64,000 nucleotides of DNA from Leucoraja ocellata (taxonomy: Eukaryota). The stretch covers positions 4,588,001 through 4,652,000 of the forward strand of contig JAWMAR010000104.1 of assembly GCA_036785375.1 (NCBI GenBank). The letters run 5' to 3'. The stretch's first letter is position 1, and each line of letters begins with the position of its first letter. The notes beneath the pieces are model-generated. The model was not told where the DNA came from and ran no database searches. It saw only the letters and a list, made by a program, of their open reading frames with translations. Below are positions 42,464-55,050 of this stretch, in pieces. Both the position numbers and the translations under genes were made by a program.

Positions 42464-44057
42464 TCATTCGGCCTGAGAAATGGGAGCACCGCATGGCTGC
42501 AAAAAGAGAAAATCACTTTTCGCTGATTCTGGAGACAGGCAGACCGAATATTGATGCGGTTCCGGCACGCGGACAACCCGGCCCGTCCCAGGATAGCGTA
42601 AAGTTTCCTCCATCGCATGTCTTCCTTTATACGTATCTTGCGAATCTCCACGATTGTAACAATACCTGGGGATGTTATACCCTTGGATAATACTTCTGTC
42701 CTGTTTACACTTGATCCCAATCAACAGAACGATGATCAGAAGAAAGACAACGGAAGTGCAACTGAAAATGATGATTAAATAAACATTTGGATCAGAGAAA
42801 TATCTCGGATTTTTCACCAAGGTGCTGCTTTCCGTGATTCCTTCAGTACTGTTCTCCAAAACTCTAATGTCCATTGTAACTGTACTGGACAGGCTTGGCT
42901 GTCCATTATCCTTCACCAAGATGACCAGAGTGTGTACAGGAGTATCTGTCTGCAAAATACGGCGCGCTGTTCTGATTTCACCGGAGTTTCTCGTAACGGT
43001 GAACAAAGTAGGATCGGTAGATTTAACCACTTGATAAAAGATCCGTGCATTCTGACCAGAGTCTGCATCAGTTGCCATTATCTTGGCGACCAAATACCCT
43101 TGACCCGCTGAGTGGGGCAGGCCCTCCTCTGCTGCTGATCCACTCTGATAAAAAGGCGAAACGATTGCCGGCGCGTTGTCATTTTGATCCAGGACGATCA
43201 CATTCACCGTGACGCTGCTACTCAGCGGAGGCACCCCAGCGTCACGGGCTTGTACATGGATCTGGAAGTTTTTGAGTTCCTCATAGTCAAAGGATCGCAA
43301 CGCATAAATGGTACCGTTCATGGAATTAATGGCCAGGTAAGTGGACACTGGTAGATTTTGGATGAAATTGTCCACCAAAATGTAAGAAACATAGGAATTC
43401 TGCTCCAGATCAGGATCTATAGCAGTTAGAACGAAAATCGATGCGCCGGGTGCATTGTTCTCCATCACATATACGTTGTAGGTTGATTCAGCAAACCGCG
43501 GGGCGTTATCATTTACATCGGTTATTGTAATATGGATGGTTTTATTTGAGGACAGTGAAGGCGACCCCAGGTCCCATGCTGAAATTGGTAATCGATATTC
43601 AGAAATCCCTTCACGGTCCAATGTTTCACTGGTAACCAATTTATAAAGGTTCGAAGAATTCTGTAGTCTAAATGGGATATTCTTGGGTAAATCACAGCGA
43701 GTTTGACCGTTCTCCCCAGAATCACGATCCGCAACATCAATGAAGGTTATGAATGTTCCTGGAGGTGCATTTTCCGGGATTTTGTTGGAAGCTGATGTCA
43801 TCTTAATCTCGGGTGCGTTATCGTTCATGTCAATTACCTTGATCAGCACGTTAGAATGTCCTGTAATTGCGGGTGAACCGTGGTCCACAGCTTGAACATC
43901 AAGAGAATAGCTGTTTGTTTTTTCAAAATCCAAGGGCCCATCGACTCGAACCTCCCCACTGTCTGGATCTAAACTGAATACATTACGCGCTTTTCGCAAA
44001 ACAACATCACTAAAATAATATGTTATCTCAGCATTCAGCCCTTCGTCCAAATCATTT
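42464..44057 (-). CDS. Clustered protocadherin, 3' part (mid-EC3 to stop); 5' part lost in the assembly gap
   Basis: Open frame from the gap edge to SQAE*. Confidence 0.9.
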
Positions 44058-44257
44058 NNNNNNNNNNNNNNNNNNNNNNNNNNNNNNNNNNNNNNNNNNN
44101 NNNNNNNNNNNNNNNNNNNNNNNNNNNNNNNNNNNNNNNNNNNNNNNNNNNNNNNNNNNNNNNNNNNNNNNNNNNNNNNNNNNNNNNNNNNNNNNNNNNN
44201 NNNNNNNNNNNNNNNNNNNNNNNNNNNNNNNNNNNNNNNNNNNNNNNNNNNNNNNNN
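44058..44257. other. Assembly gap (200 N)
   Basis: Run of N. The flanks belong to different exons (EC3 on the left, EC6 on the right), so they cannot be joined into one gene. Confidence 1.
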
Positions 44258-46143
44258 GTCTGCAAAATACGGCGCGCAGTTCTGATTTCACCTGAATTTT
44301 TCGTAACGGTGAACAAAGTGGGATCGGTAGATTTCACCATCTGAAAAAAGATCCTTGCATTCTGACCAGAATCTGCATCAGTTGCCATTATCTTGGTGAC
44401 CAAGTACCCTTGACCCGCTGACCGGGGCAGAACCTCCTCTGATCCACTTTGTTCTGAAGGTGAAACAATTACGGCGCGTTGTCATTTTGATCCAGGATGA
44501 TTACATTCACTGTGGCGCTGCTGCTTAGCGGAGGCAACCCAGCGTCACGCGCTTGTACAAGGATCTGGAACTGCTTCAGTTCCTCATAGTCAACGCCACG
44601 CAACAGATAAATTGTACCATTCATTGAGTTAATAGTCAGGTAAGTGGACACTGGTAGTTTTGGATGTAATTGTCCAAAAAGAGTAAGAAATATAGGAATT
44701 CTGCTCCTGATCAGGATCCAGTGCTGTTACTGCGAAAATGGATGCACCCGGAGCGTTAATCTCCATCACATATACGTTGTAGGATGATTCAGAAAACCGC
44801 GGGGCGTTGTCATTTACATCGGTTATTGCAATATGAATGGTTTTATTTGACGACAGTGAAGGCGATCCCAAGTCCCATGCCGAAATTAGTAATTTATACT
44901 GAGAAATCACTTCACGGTCCAACGTTTCACTGGTAACCAATGTATAATGTTTCGATGCTGTTTGTAGTCTAAAGGGAACGTTCTTGGGTAACTCGCAGCG
45001 GACTTGAACCGTTCTCTCCAGAATCACGATCCATAACATCAATGAACGTTATGAATGTTCCTGGTGGAGCATTTTCCGGGATTTTGTTGGAAGTTGATGT
45101 CACCTTAATCTCGGGTGCGTTATCGTTCACGTCGATTACCTTGATCAGCACGTTAGAATGTCCGGTCATTGAGGGTGAACCGTGGTCCACAGCTTGAACA
45201 TCAAGAGAATAGCTGGTTGTTTCTTCAAAATCCAAGGGCCCATCGACTCGAACCTCCCCACTATTTGGATCTAAACTGAATACATTACGCGCTTTCGCAA
45301 ATCAACATCACTAAACGAATATGTTATCTCAGCATTCAGCCCTTCGTCCAAGTCATTTGCTTGACCCTCATCACCAAGGTACCATGTGGTGCGTCCTCAC
45401 TTACGCTGACCTTGTAAATATCACGATCAAACACCGGCGCGTTGTCATTAATGTCGAACACAGTAATGATAATCTGAGCAGTCCCTGTTCTCTGAGGAGT
45501 GCCACCGTCTGTCGCAGTAAGCAAGAGCTGAAAAGAAGATTGCTGCTCTCGGTCCAAAATTTTATCTAACAACAACTCTGGTATAAGAACATCGCTCTCG
45601 GTTCTGCGTGTTTTTATACTAAAATACTCGGTGAAACTGATCGTGTAGGCGGCGACGGTATTGATTCCAATGTCGGGATCTTCCGCCCTCGCGAGACGAA
45701 AACGTACACCGGGGTACTCGCTTCCGATATCTGTAAGGCGATGCTACCGTCTCCGAAAGTGGGGGAATTATCATTGACATCAAGAATCTCTAATTCCCCG
45801 CGGTACACCTTCAAGGGATTTTCCAGTGTTGTTTTAAAAGACAGAGTACACATTTCCGCTTGTCTACAGATACGTTCCCCTATCAATTCTTTCACGAATA
45901 GATAATATTCATTGTCCAAACTAACCTTCATGTAGCGCCCTCCGTCATCGGAGCTCAGTCGAAATTTGCGAGCTGATAATTGCCGTACATTCAGGCCCAG
46001 ATCTTGAGCAAAATTCCAATAAATGCCCCTTGCTCCATTTCCTCAGGAATAGAGTACCGAATTTGCCCGGAAATTAGACCCTGTTCACATATCAGAAGCA
46101 TGAATGCAAACACGGTGAAAGGAAACCTCCGTAGGTTCGCCAT
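44258..46143 (-). pseudogene. Clustered protocadherin exon with multiple 1-bp frameshifts (pseudogene or contig-end errors)
   Basis: ATG at 46143. Broken into ORF pieces 45614-45931, 45336-45575, 44969-45235, 44629-45042 and 44469-44651. The indels mostly fall in short homopolymers. Confidence 0.7.
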
Positions 46144-46384
46144 TGTTCCGCATTCAATTAATATCGAAAACCAGGCCTGTCCTCAATTAATCGGTAAAAA
46201 ATGTTCTTTCCACGAATAGAAACATATATATTCTAATTGCCTAGTCGAAACAGACAGGGGATGTTTCCTCTGTACCTTGATAACACGATAAAACGCAGAG
46301 ACTGCCCGCCTTTCTCTTCGGGTCTGCCGTTTTTATTCTGGGATGTAGGAGGGGCAATGGATCCATCTGTGGACTTCAGCTTCT

Positions 46385-46429
46385 CATTGGTAGACAGCGA
46401 CACAACCAGTTTTTTTTCTGCAACTGCAG
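46385..46429 (-). promoter_or_regulatory. Protocadherin CSE (11-nt spacer)
   Basis: CTGCAGTTG-N11-CTGGTTGTGTCGCTGTCTACCAATG. Confidence 0.8.
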
Positions 46430-46983
46430 CTACAATTCTTAAAGCTGTACTGTAGTCTTAAATAAAACGCCATGGACCACTTCAATTTTGTTTTCAGCAC
46501 ACAGCTTCTAAAGTCCTGGTATGTGCGTTTACGGGGCAATTTGACTTGATATGTTAAAACATGTTTCACACAGAGTTTATTAATTTTTATTCTTGATTCG
46601 TAAATGACTTCTAGCATGATAAATCATGTTATAGAGGTAAATCTTCATGTGTCCCCCATCACCAATCTTGCTGTTGACCGTGGAATTAATGGTTTCAGGA
46701 ACAGTGTGTAATGGCTTAAAATAAATTAGTTCGAGATACGAGAATAGGATGTACAGTTACGGGACTGAGGTAAACGTGTTAAGTAATTGCCTAAAGAAGG
46801 ATCCTCGGAAAGACCAAACATTGAAGATTATGTGCGCTTTTGTTCATTCATGGGGAAAGCAAGGTGGAGACTTCAATGGAGTGCTACATTGGTCTACCTT
46901 ACATACTTTAAGATTAATTTGGGAACATCGAAATGGTGAATTGCCTAAAGTTTTGTCGACTCTTTTGTTTCGCGATTTGACTT

Positions 46984-48318
46984 AGTTTACTTTAGTGTCG
47001 AGATATAACGCGTAAAAAGGCCCTTTGGCTCACCAACACCGCGCTGACCAGTGATCCCTGCACACTAACACTATCCTACCCACACATTGGGGACAATGTA
47101 CAATTTTACCAAGACAATTTGCCTACAAAACATTACGTCTTTTTAGTATGGAAGGAAACCTGAGTGTCGGAGAAAACCTGCGCAGGTCACGGCAAGTACG
47201 TACAAACTCTATACAGAGAGCACCCGTAGTGAAGATCGAACTCGGGTCTCTGACGCTGTAAGGCAGCAACTCTACCGGTGCGTCACCGTGCCGCCCTGTA
47301 TACTCGCTATATAGATATAAAGGTCCCGGCTAATGTTAACAAATTAAATATTTAATTACTAATATAATTTTCTTTTCTAGGCAGCCGTTGATTTCTTGGG
47401 TGGAATTAAGTTCGAAAAGTGAAGAAACGCCAAAGACTGAGCACGACTGCGCAGATATATTCTTCAAATTACTCTGACTGCAGTGAGCCAACTATGAATG
47501 GAAGCATGCGTTTATCGTGGTCAAATCGAAGGTTAATATTCTTCCAAAGACACCTTACAGTGATCAAAGTGATGTAACATTCTGAAATATATTTTCGGCA
47601 TATTATTTAAGGATGGTCGGAGCTCCTGAGATTGAAATACCCAACAACGTATGTCCTTTAATATGTGATGTTTCAGGTCGGGACCATTCAACAGACAATA
47701 TGAGGAAGAGTCCACACCCGAAACGGCGCCTATCCAATTTCTCTCGGCATTTAGTGTCTTTCCTTGGTAAACCAGCATCCGCATTGCCTTGTTTGTAACT
47801 TCTGTTATTATTCCCTGTATCCTGGAGATGCTTCACGTGTTCTGACAGGAATCTGCTCTATTGGCCTTGGCGGTAGAGCCACTGCTGTCCATCGAACATT
47901 CCTCGTGAAATTGAACGTATGAATGCACTAGAAATTCAAATGCTCGCTTCAAAATATCCTAGTGTTGTTTACACCGCCACCATTCAGCAATGTTTAGATT
48001 ATGATTGATTCGGTCAAGGTGGCACAGAGGCAGAGTTGGAGCCTAAAAGCGCCAGGGACCCGGGTTCAATCCTGACTACGGGTGCTGTCTGTATGGAGTG
48101 TGTACATTCTCCCGGTGACCGCGTAGGTTTTCTCCGCCTGCTCCGGTTTCCTCGCGCATCCCAAAGACTTACTGGTTTAAAATTTAAATGGCTTCTGTAA
48201 AAAATCAAAAACGTCCCCCGTGTGTAGGATAGTGCCGGTGTACGGGGTGATCGATGGTCGGTGGGCTCGCTGGTCCGAAGAGCCTGTTTCCACGCTGTAT
48301 CTCGAAGCTTAAACTAAA
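46984..48318. mobile_element. Divergent V-SINE pair (minus ~46984-47296, plus ~48012-48318)
   Basis: Paralogous to 38694-40115. Confidence 0.8.
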
Positions 48319-50476
48319 GTCAGAAATGCGACTTTTGCGCACATTCGAACCCAGTAGACGATGACGTATATCGTGGAATGCCGCGATCTGCCCGGGTCGT
48401 CTCACGCACATATTTTATTTCCACACCCCGTCGACCCGTCAGATTGTTCCTTTCCGCTTCTACAGCTCCTCCTTCTGCCCATTATCCACTACTACATCCT
48501 CTGTGATCCCCATGATCATCCCCCATCACCCCCCACAATAAATAACACCCACCCACGAAACCTGCTCGCCTAAACTTCTATATTTTCTTTCTCACTTTAC
48601 CTTCTTATCGGTTTGCATCATCTCATTCTTCTTTTTCATCAATTAACTCCCGCCTTTGTGATCATCTCCATCCGCTGTTTTGCAAACTCCCGATTCAATT
48701 AGGAAGAATGGATCGGTGACGCATCAGCGATAGGGAATGTGATTCACATTTTCAAGCTTCCATTATAAAAACTTGAAAGTTTGGGCGATTGCGTTGTTCA
48801 GAGCTGCTCGTTGCTAGCAACGATTTGTCTTACAAATGTTCTGTATAAAGCCCATTGGCTGTCAAGCTTCAGGGCAGGAGTCCATAATCATTTGGTGCTC
48901 AGCCTCCGGATGCATGTGTCGACGTTGTCTGCACAGTAAACCTCAATGACTGCGGTTGGTGTGACCTAAATGGGGGGAGAATCCATAAATCGGATATGTA
49001 CAAAGGGACTTGGAAGTGCTGGTGCAGGATTCCCTAAAACTTGTTCTGCAAATCGAATTGGTAGTAAAGAAAGCAATCGTAATGCTAGCCTTCATATCGA
49101 GAGGGCTAGTTTACAAAAACAAGGATGTAATGCTGAGGCTCTATCAGGCGCTGATCAGGCCGTATTTGGAATATTGTGAGCAATTTTGGGCACCATATCT
49201 GAGGAAGGATGTTGATGGCTCTTGTAAGGGCCCAAAGGAGGTTTACAAGAATGATCCCAGGGTAACAAATGTTTAAGAAAGAACTGCAGACGCTGGAAAA
49301 ATCGAAGGTAGACAAAAATGCCGCTCAGTCGGTGAGGCAGCAGTCTTAACATATGATGAGCGTTTTATGGCGTTTTAGAAGAATAAGGGGGCGGGGGGGG
49401 GACCTTATTGAAACGTACAGAATAGTGAAAGGCTTGGATTGTGTGGAAGTGGAGAGCATGTTTCCACTAGTGCGAGAGTCTAGGACTGGAGGTCATAGCC
49501 CCAGAATTATAAGACCTACCTTTAGAACGGAGACGAGGACGAATTTCTTTAATCAGAGGGTGGTGAATCTGTGGATTTTGTTTGCCACAGAAGACGGTTG
49601 AGTCAACGTCAGTGAATATATTTAAGGCAAAGATAGATAGATTCTTGATTAGTAAGGGTGCCAGAGGTTATGAGGAGAAGCAGGATAAATGGGTATGGAT
49701 GGAGAGATAGAACAGCCATGGTTGAATTGGGGGGGGGGGGGGGGGGGGGGGGGAGGGGGAGACCTGATGGATCGAATGGCCGAATTCTACACCAATCACT
49801 TATGATCTTATGCTCTGCCCACCAACACTTCGTTTGCTGGTTTCCACTTCTATCGCCACTCTCATGCACCTCTTTCTACTAATCATTTCATTCACCTCTT
49901 CATCTAATGTTCCCCTAGTCCAGTATGGAGGAAGGGCCACGACCCTAAACGTTATCTGTCCCTATCCCTGCACATTCGGTGGCACACCTGACGCGTTTCC
50001 CGCCCGCTCGTTTTCTTTTGTACAATATTTTTAAATCCGCAATTTCTTGTGTTTCTGGTTCATTTTACATTTTAATTTGCGCCATCTACATTTATTATTT
50101 AGTTATATGCTCTGTACTTTTCAGCACTCCATATGGAATATGCTGTTGACGAAGTTTTTGTTTCTTTATTTACGTTAAACAAGTAAATGGATTCAGCATC
50201 CTGAATGTAATTGATCCCACATCAATGTATATTTGTACGTCGTTCAATGATAGGCAATATGACTTATTTCACGGTTGACAGATTCCGCTCTCAGAAGATG
50301 GGAATTTATTTGCTAAAAGTTATATATTTTTAACCATTACAACAAATGCAAAATTTAAACAAAAGCGCAAAAATGCACAAACTGAATATTTTCTTAAATA
50401 TCTCTCTCACAAATGATTCACATGCCCAGAGATTAAAATGATCCCAAATAATATGCAACTTCTTTAAGGTTACGCA

Positions 50477-52858
50477 TCATTCGGCCTGAGACATGGGAGC
50501 ACCGCATGGCTGCAAAAAGAGAAAATCACTTTTCGCTGACTCTGGAGACAGGCAGACCGAGTATTGATGCGGTTCCGGCACGCGGACAACCCGGCCAGTC
50601 CCAGGATAGCGTAAAGTTTCCTCCATCGCAGGTCTTCCTTTATACGTATCTTGCGCATCTCCACGATTGTAACAATAACTGGGAGTGTTATACCCTTGGA
50701 TAATACTTCTGACCTGTTTACACTTGATCCCAATCAACAGAACGATGATCAGAAGAAAGACAACGGAAGTGCAACTGAAAATGATGATTAAATAAACATT
50801 TGGATCTGAGAAATATCCCGGATTTTTCACCAAGGTGCTGCTTTCCGTGATTCCTTCAGTACTGTTCTCCAACACTCTAATGTTCATTGTAAGTGTACTG
50901 GACAGGCTTGGCTGCCCATTGTCCTTCACCAAGATGATCAGAGTGTGTACAGGAACATCTGGCTGCAAAATACTACGCGCTGTTCTGATTTCACCTGAAT
51001 TTTTCGTAACGGTGAACAAAGTGGGATCGGTAGATTTCACCATCGGATAAAAGATCCGAGCATTCTGACCAGAGTCTGCATCAGTTGCCATTATCTTGGT
51101 GACCAAGTACCCTTGACCCGCTGACCGGGGCAGAACCTCCTCTGCTGCTGATCCACCTTGTTCTGAAGGTGAAACAATCACCGGCGCGTTGTCATTTTGA
51201 TCCAGGATGATCACATTCACTGTGGCGCTGCTGCTTAGCGGAGGTAACCCAGCGTCACGCGCTTGTACAAGGATCTGGAACTGCTTGAGTTCCTCATAGT
51301 CAACGCCACGCAACAGATAAATGGTTCAATTCATTGAGTTAATAGTCAGGTAAGTGGACACTGGTTGGATTTGGATGTAATTGTCCAAAAAAGAGTAAGA
51401 AATATAGGAATTCTGCTCCTGATCAGGATCCAGTGCTGTTACTGCGAAAATGGATGCACCCGGAGCGTTATTCTCCATCACATATACGTTGTAGGATGAT
51501 TCAGAAAACCGCGGGGCGTTATCATTTACATCGGTTATTGCAATATGAATGGTTTTATTTGACGACAGTGAAGGCGATCCCAAGTCCCATGCCGAAATTA
51601 GTAATTTATACTGAGAAATCACTTCACGGTCCAACGTTTCACTGGTAACCAATGTATAATGTTTCGATGTTGTTTGTAGTCTAAATGGAACGTTCTTGGG
51701 TAGCTCGCAGCGGACTTGACCGTTCTCTCCAGAATCACGATCGATAACATCGATGAACATTATGAATGTTCCTGGTGGAGCTTTTTCCGGGATTTTGTTG
51801 GAAGCTGATGTCACTTTAATCTCGGGTGCGTTATCGTTCACATCGATTACCTTGATCTGCACGTTAGAATGTCCTGTCATTGAGGGTGAACCGTGGTCCA
51901 CAGCTTGAACATCAAGAGAATAGCTGTTTGTTTCTTCAAAATCCAAGGGCCCATCGACTCGAACCTCCCCACTGTCTGGATCTAAACTGAATACATTACG
52001 CGTTTTTCGCAAATCAACATCACTAAAAGAATATGTTATCTCAGCATTCAGCCCTTCGTCCAAATCATTTGCTTTGACCTTCATCACCAAGGTACCATGC
52101 GGCGCGTCCTCACTTACGCTGACCCGATAGATGTCATTATCAAACACAGGCGAATTATCATTGAAGTCCAAAACAGTAACGATAATCTGAGCAGTCCCTG
52201 TTCTCTGAGGAGTCCCACTGTCTGTCGCAGTAAGCAAGAGCTGAAAAGAAGATTGCTGCGCTCGGTCCAAAGATTTATCTAACAGCAACTCTGGTATTAG
52301 AACATCGCTCTCGGTTCTGCGTGTTTTTATACTGAAATACTCGGTGAAACTGATCGTGTAGGCGGCGACGGTATTGATTCCAATGTCGGGATCTTCCGCC
52401 CTCTCGAGACGAAAACGTACACCGGGGGTACTCGCTTCCGATATCTGTAAGGCGATGCTGCGGTCTCCGAAAGCGGGGGAATTATCATTGACATCAAGAA
52501 TCTCTAATTCCCCGCGGTACACCTTCAAGGGATTTTCCAGTGTTGTTTTAAAAGACAGAGTACACATTTCCGCTTGTCTACAGATACGTTCCCTATCAAT
52601 TCTTTCACGAATAGATAATATTCCATTGTCCAAACTAACCTTCATGTAGCGCGCTCCGTCATCGGAGCTCAGTCGAAATTTGCGAGCTGATAATTGCCGT
52701 ACATTCAGGCCCAGATCTTGAGCAATATTCCCAATAAATGCCCCTTGCTCCATTTCCTCTGGAATAGAGTACCGAATTTGCCCGGAAATTAGATCCTGTT
52801 CACATATCAGAAGCATGAATGCAAACACGTTGAAAGGAAACCTCCGTAGGTTCGGCAT
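50477..52858 (-). pseudogene. Clustered protocadherin with a single in-frame nonsense codon in EC5
   Basis: ORFs 51326-52858 and 50477-51313 are in the same frame. AAC TCA ATG AAT TGA ACC ATT TAT has TGA (51326-51328) where paralogues encode the Gly of NGTIY. Confidence 0.88.
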
Positions 52859-53100
52859 TGTTCCGCATTCAATTAATATCGAAAACCAGGCCTGTCTTCA
52901 ATTAATCGGTAAAAAATGTTCTTTCCACGAAATAGAAACATATATATTCTAATTGCCTAGTCGAAACAGACAGGGGATGTTTCCTCTGTACCTTGATAAC
53001 ACGATAAAACGCAGAGACTGCCCTCCTTTCTCTTCGGGTCTGCCGTTTTTATTCTGGGTTGTAGGAGGGGCAATGGATCCATCTGTGGACTTCAGCTTCT

Positions 53101-53147
53101 CATTGGTAGACAGCGACACAACCAGTTTTTTTTTTCTGCAACTGCAG
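53101..53147 (-). promoter_or_regulatory. Protocadherin CSE (13-nt spacer)
   Basis: CTGCAGTTG-N13-CTGGTTGTGTCGCTGTCTACCAATG. Confidence 0.8.
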
Positions 53148-53700
53148 CTACAATTCTTAAAGCTGTACAGTAGTCCTAAATACAGCGCCATGGAACGCTT
53201 CAATTTTGTTTTCAGCGCATATCTTCTAAAGTCCTGGTATGTGCGTTTACGGGGCAATTTGACCCGATATGTTAAAACATGTTTCACACAGAGTTTATGA
53301 ATTTTTATTCTTGATTCGTAAATTACTTCTGGCTTGATAAATCATGTTATAGAGGTAAATCTTCAGTGGTCCTCCATCACCACACTTGCCGTTGACCATG
53401 GAATTAATGGTTTCAGGAACAGTGTGTAATGACTTAAAATAAATTAGTTCGATATAATAAAAATGGATGTACAGTTAGGGTACATGGGTGAACGTGTTAA
53501 GTAATTGCGTAAAGAAGGATCCTCGGAAAGACCAAACATTGAAGACTATGTGCGCTTTTGTTCATTCATGGGGAAAGCAAGGTGGAGACTACAATGGAGA
53601 GCTACATTAGTCTACATTACATACTTTAACATTAATTTGGGAACATCGAAATGGTGAATTGCCTAACGTTTCGTCGACTCTTTTGTTTCGCGATTTGACT

Positions 53701-55050
53701 TAGTTTACTTTAGTGTCGAGAAATAACGCGTAAAAAGGCCCTGTGGCTCACCAACACGGCGCTGACCAGCGATCCCTGCACACTTACACTATCCTACCCA
53801 CACATTGGGGACAATGTACAATTTTACAAAGACAATTTGCCTACAAACCATTACGTCTTTCGAGTATGGAAGAAAACCTGAGCGCCGGAGAAAACCTGCG
53901 CAGGTCACGGCAAGTACGTACAAACTCTATACAGAGAGCACCCGTAGTGAAGATCGAACTCGGGTCTCTGAAGCTGTAAGGCAGCAACTCTACCGATGCG
54001 TCACCGTGCCGCCCTGTATACTTGCTATATATATATAAAGGTCCCGGCTAATGTTAACAAATCAAATATTTAATTACAAATATAATTTTCTTTTCTAGGC
54101 AGCCGTTGATTTCTTGGATGGAATTAAGTTCGAAAAGTGAAGAAACGCCAAAGACTGAGCACGACTGCGCAGATATATTCTTCAAATTACTCTGACTGCA
54201 GTGAGCAACTTGGAATGGAAGCATGCGTTTATCGTGGTCAAATCGAAGGTTAATATTCTTCCAAAAACACCTTACAGTGATCAAAGTGATGTAACATTCT
54301 GAAATATATTTTCGGCATATTATTTAGGGATGGTCGGAGCCCCTGAGATTGAAATACCCAACAACTTATGTCCTTTAATATGTGATGTTTCAGGTCGGGA
54401 CCATTCAACAGACAATATGAGGAAGAGTCCACACCCGAAACGGCGCCTATCCAATTTCTCTCAGGATTTAGTGTCTTTCCTTGGTAAACCAGCATCCGCA
54501 TTGCCTTGTTTGTAACTTCTGTCATTATTCCCTGTATCCTGGAGATGCTTCACGTGTTCTGACAGGAATCTGCTCTATTGGCCGTGTTGGTAGAGCCACT
54601 GACGAATATCCGCTGCTGTCCATCGAACATTCCTCGTGAAATTGAACGTATGAATGCACTAGGAATTCAAATGATCGCTTCAAAATATCCTAGTGTTGTT
54701 TACACCGCCACCATTCAGCAATGTTTAGATTATGATTGACTCGGTCAAGGTTGCACAGAGACAGAGTTGGGGCCTAAAAGCGCCAGGGACCCGGGTTCAA
54801 TCCTGACTACGGGTGCTGTCTGCATGGAGTGTGTACATTCTCCCGGTGACCGCGTAGGTTTTCTCCGCCTGCTCCGGTTTCCTCGCGCATCCCAAAGACT
54901 TACTGGTTTAAAATTTAAATGGCGTCTGTAAAAAATGAAAAATGTCCCCCGTGTGTAGGATAATGCTGGTGTACGGGGAGATCGATGGTCGGGTGGGTTC
55001 GCTGGACCGAAGAGCCTGTTTCAACGCTGTATCTCGAAGCTAAAAATATA
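53701..55050. mobile_element. Divergent V-SINE pair (minus ~53701-54014, plus ~54743-55050)
   Basis: Paralogous to 38694-40115. Confidence 0.8.

Noticed and set aside
44035-44403. ORF bridging the N gap as a single gene
   Set aside because: The domain order across the gap (EC6 then EC3) is impossible for one exon; it is an artefact of translating N.
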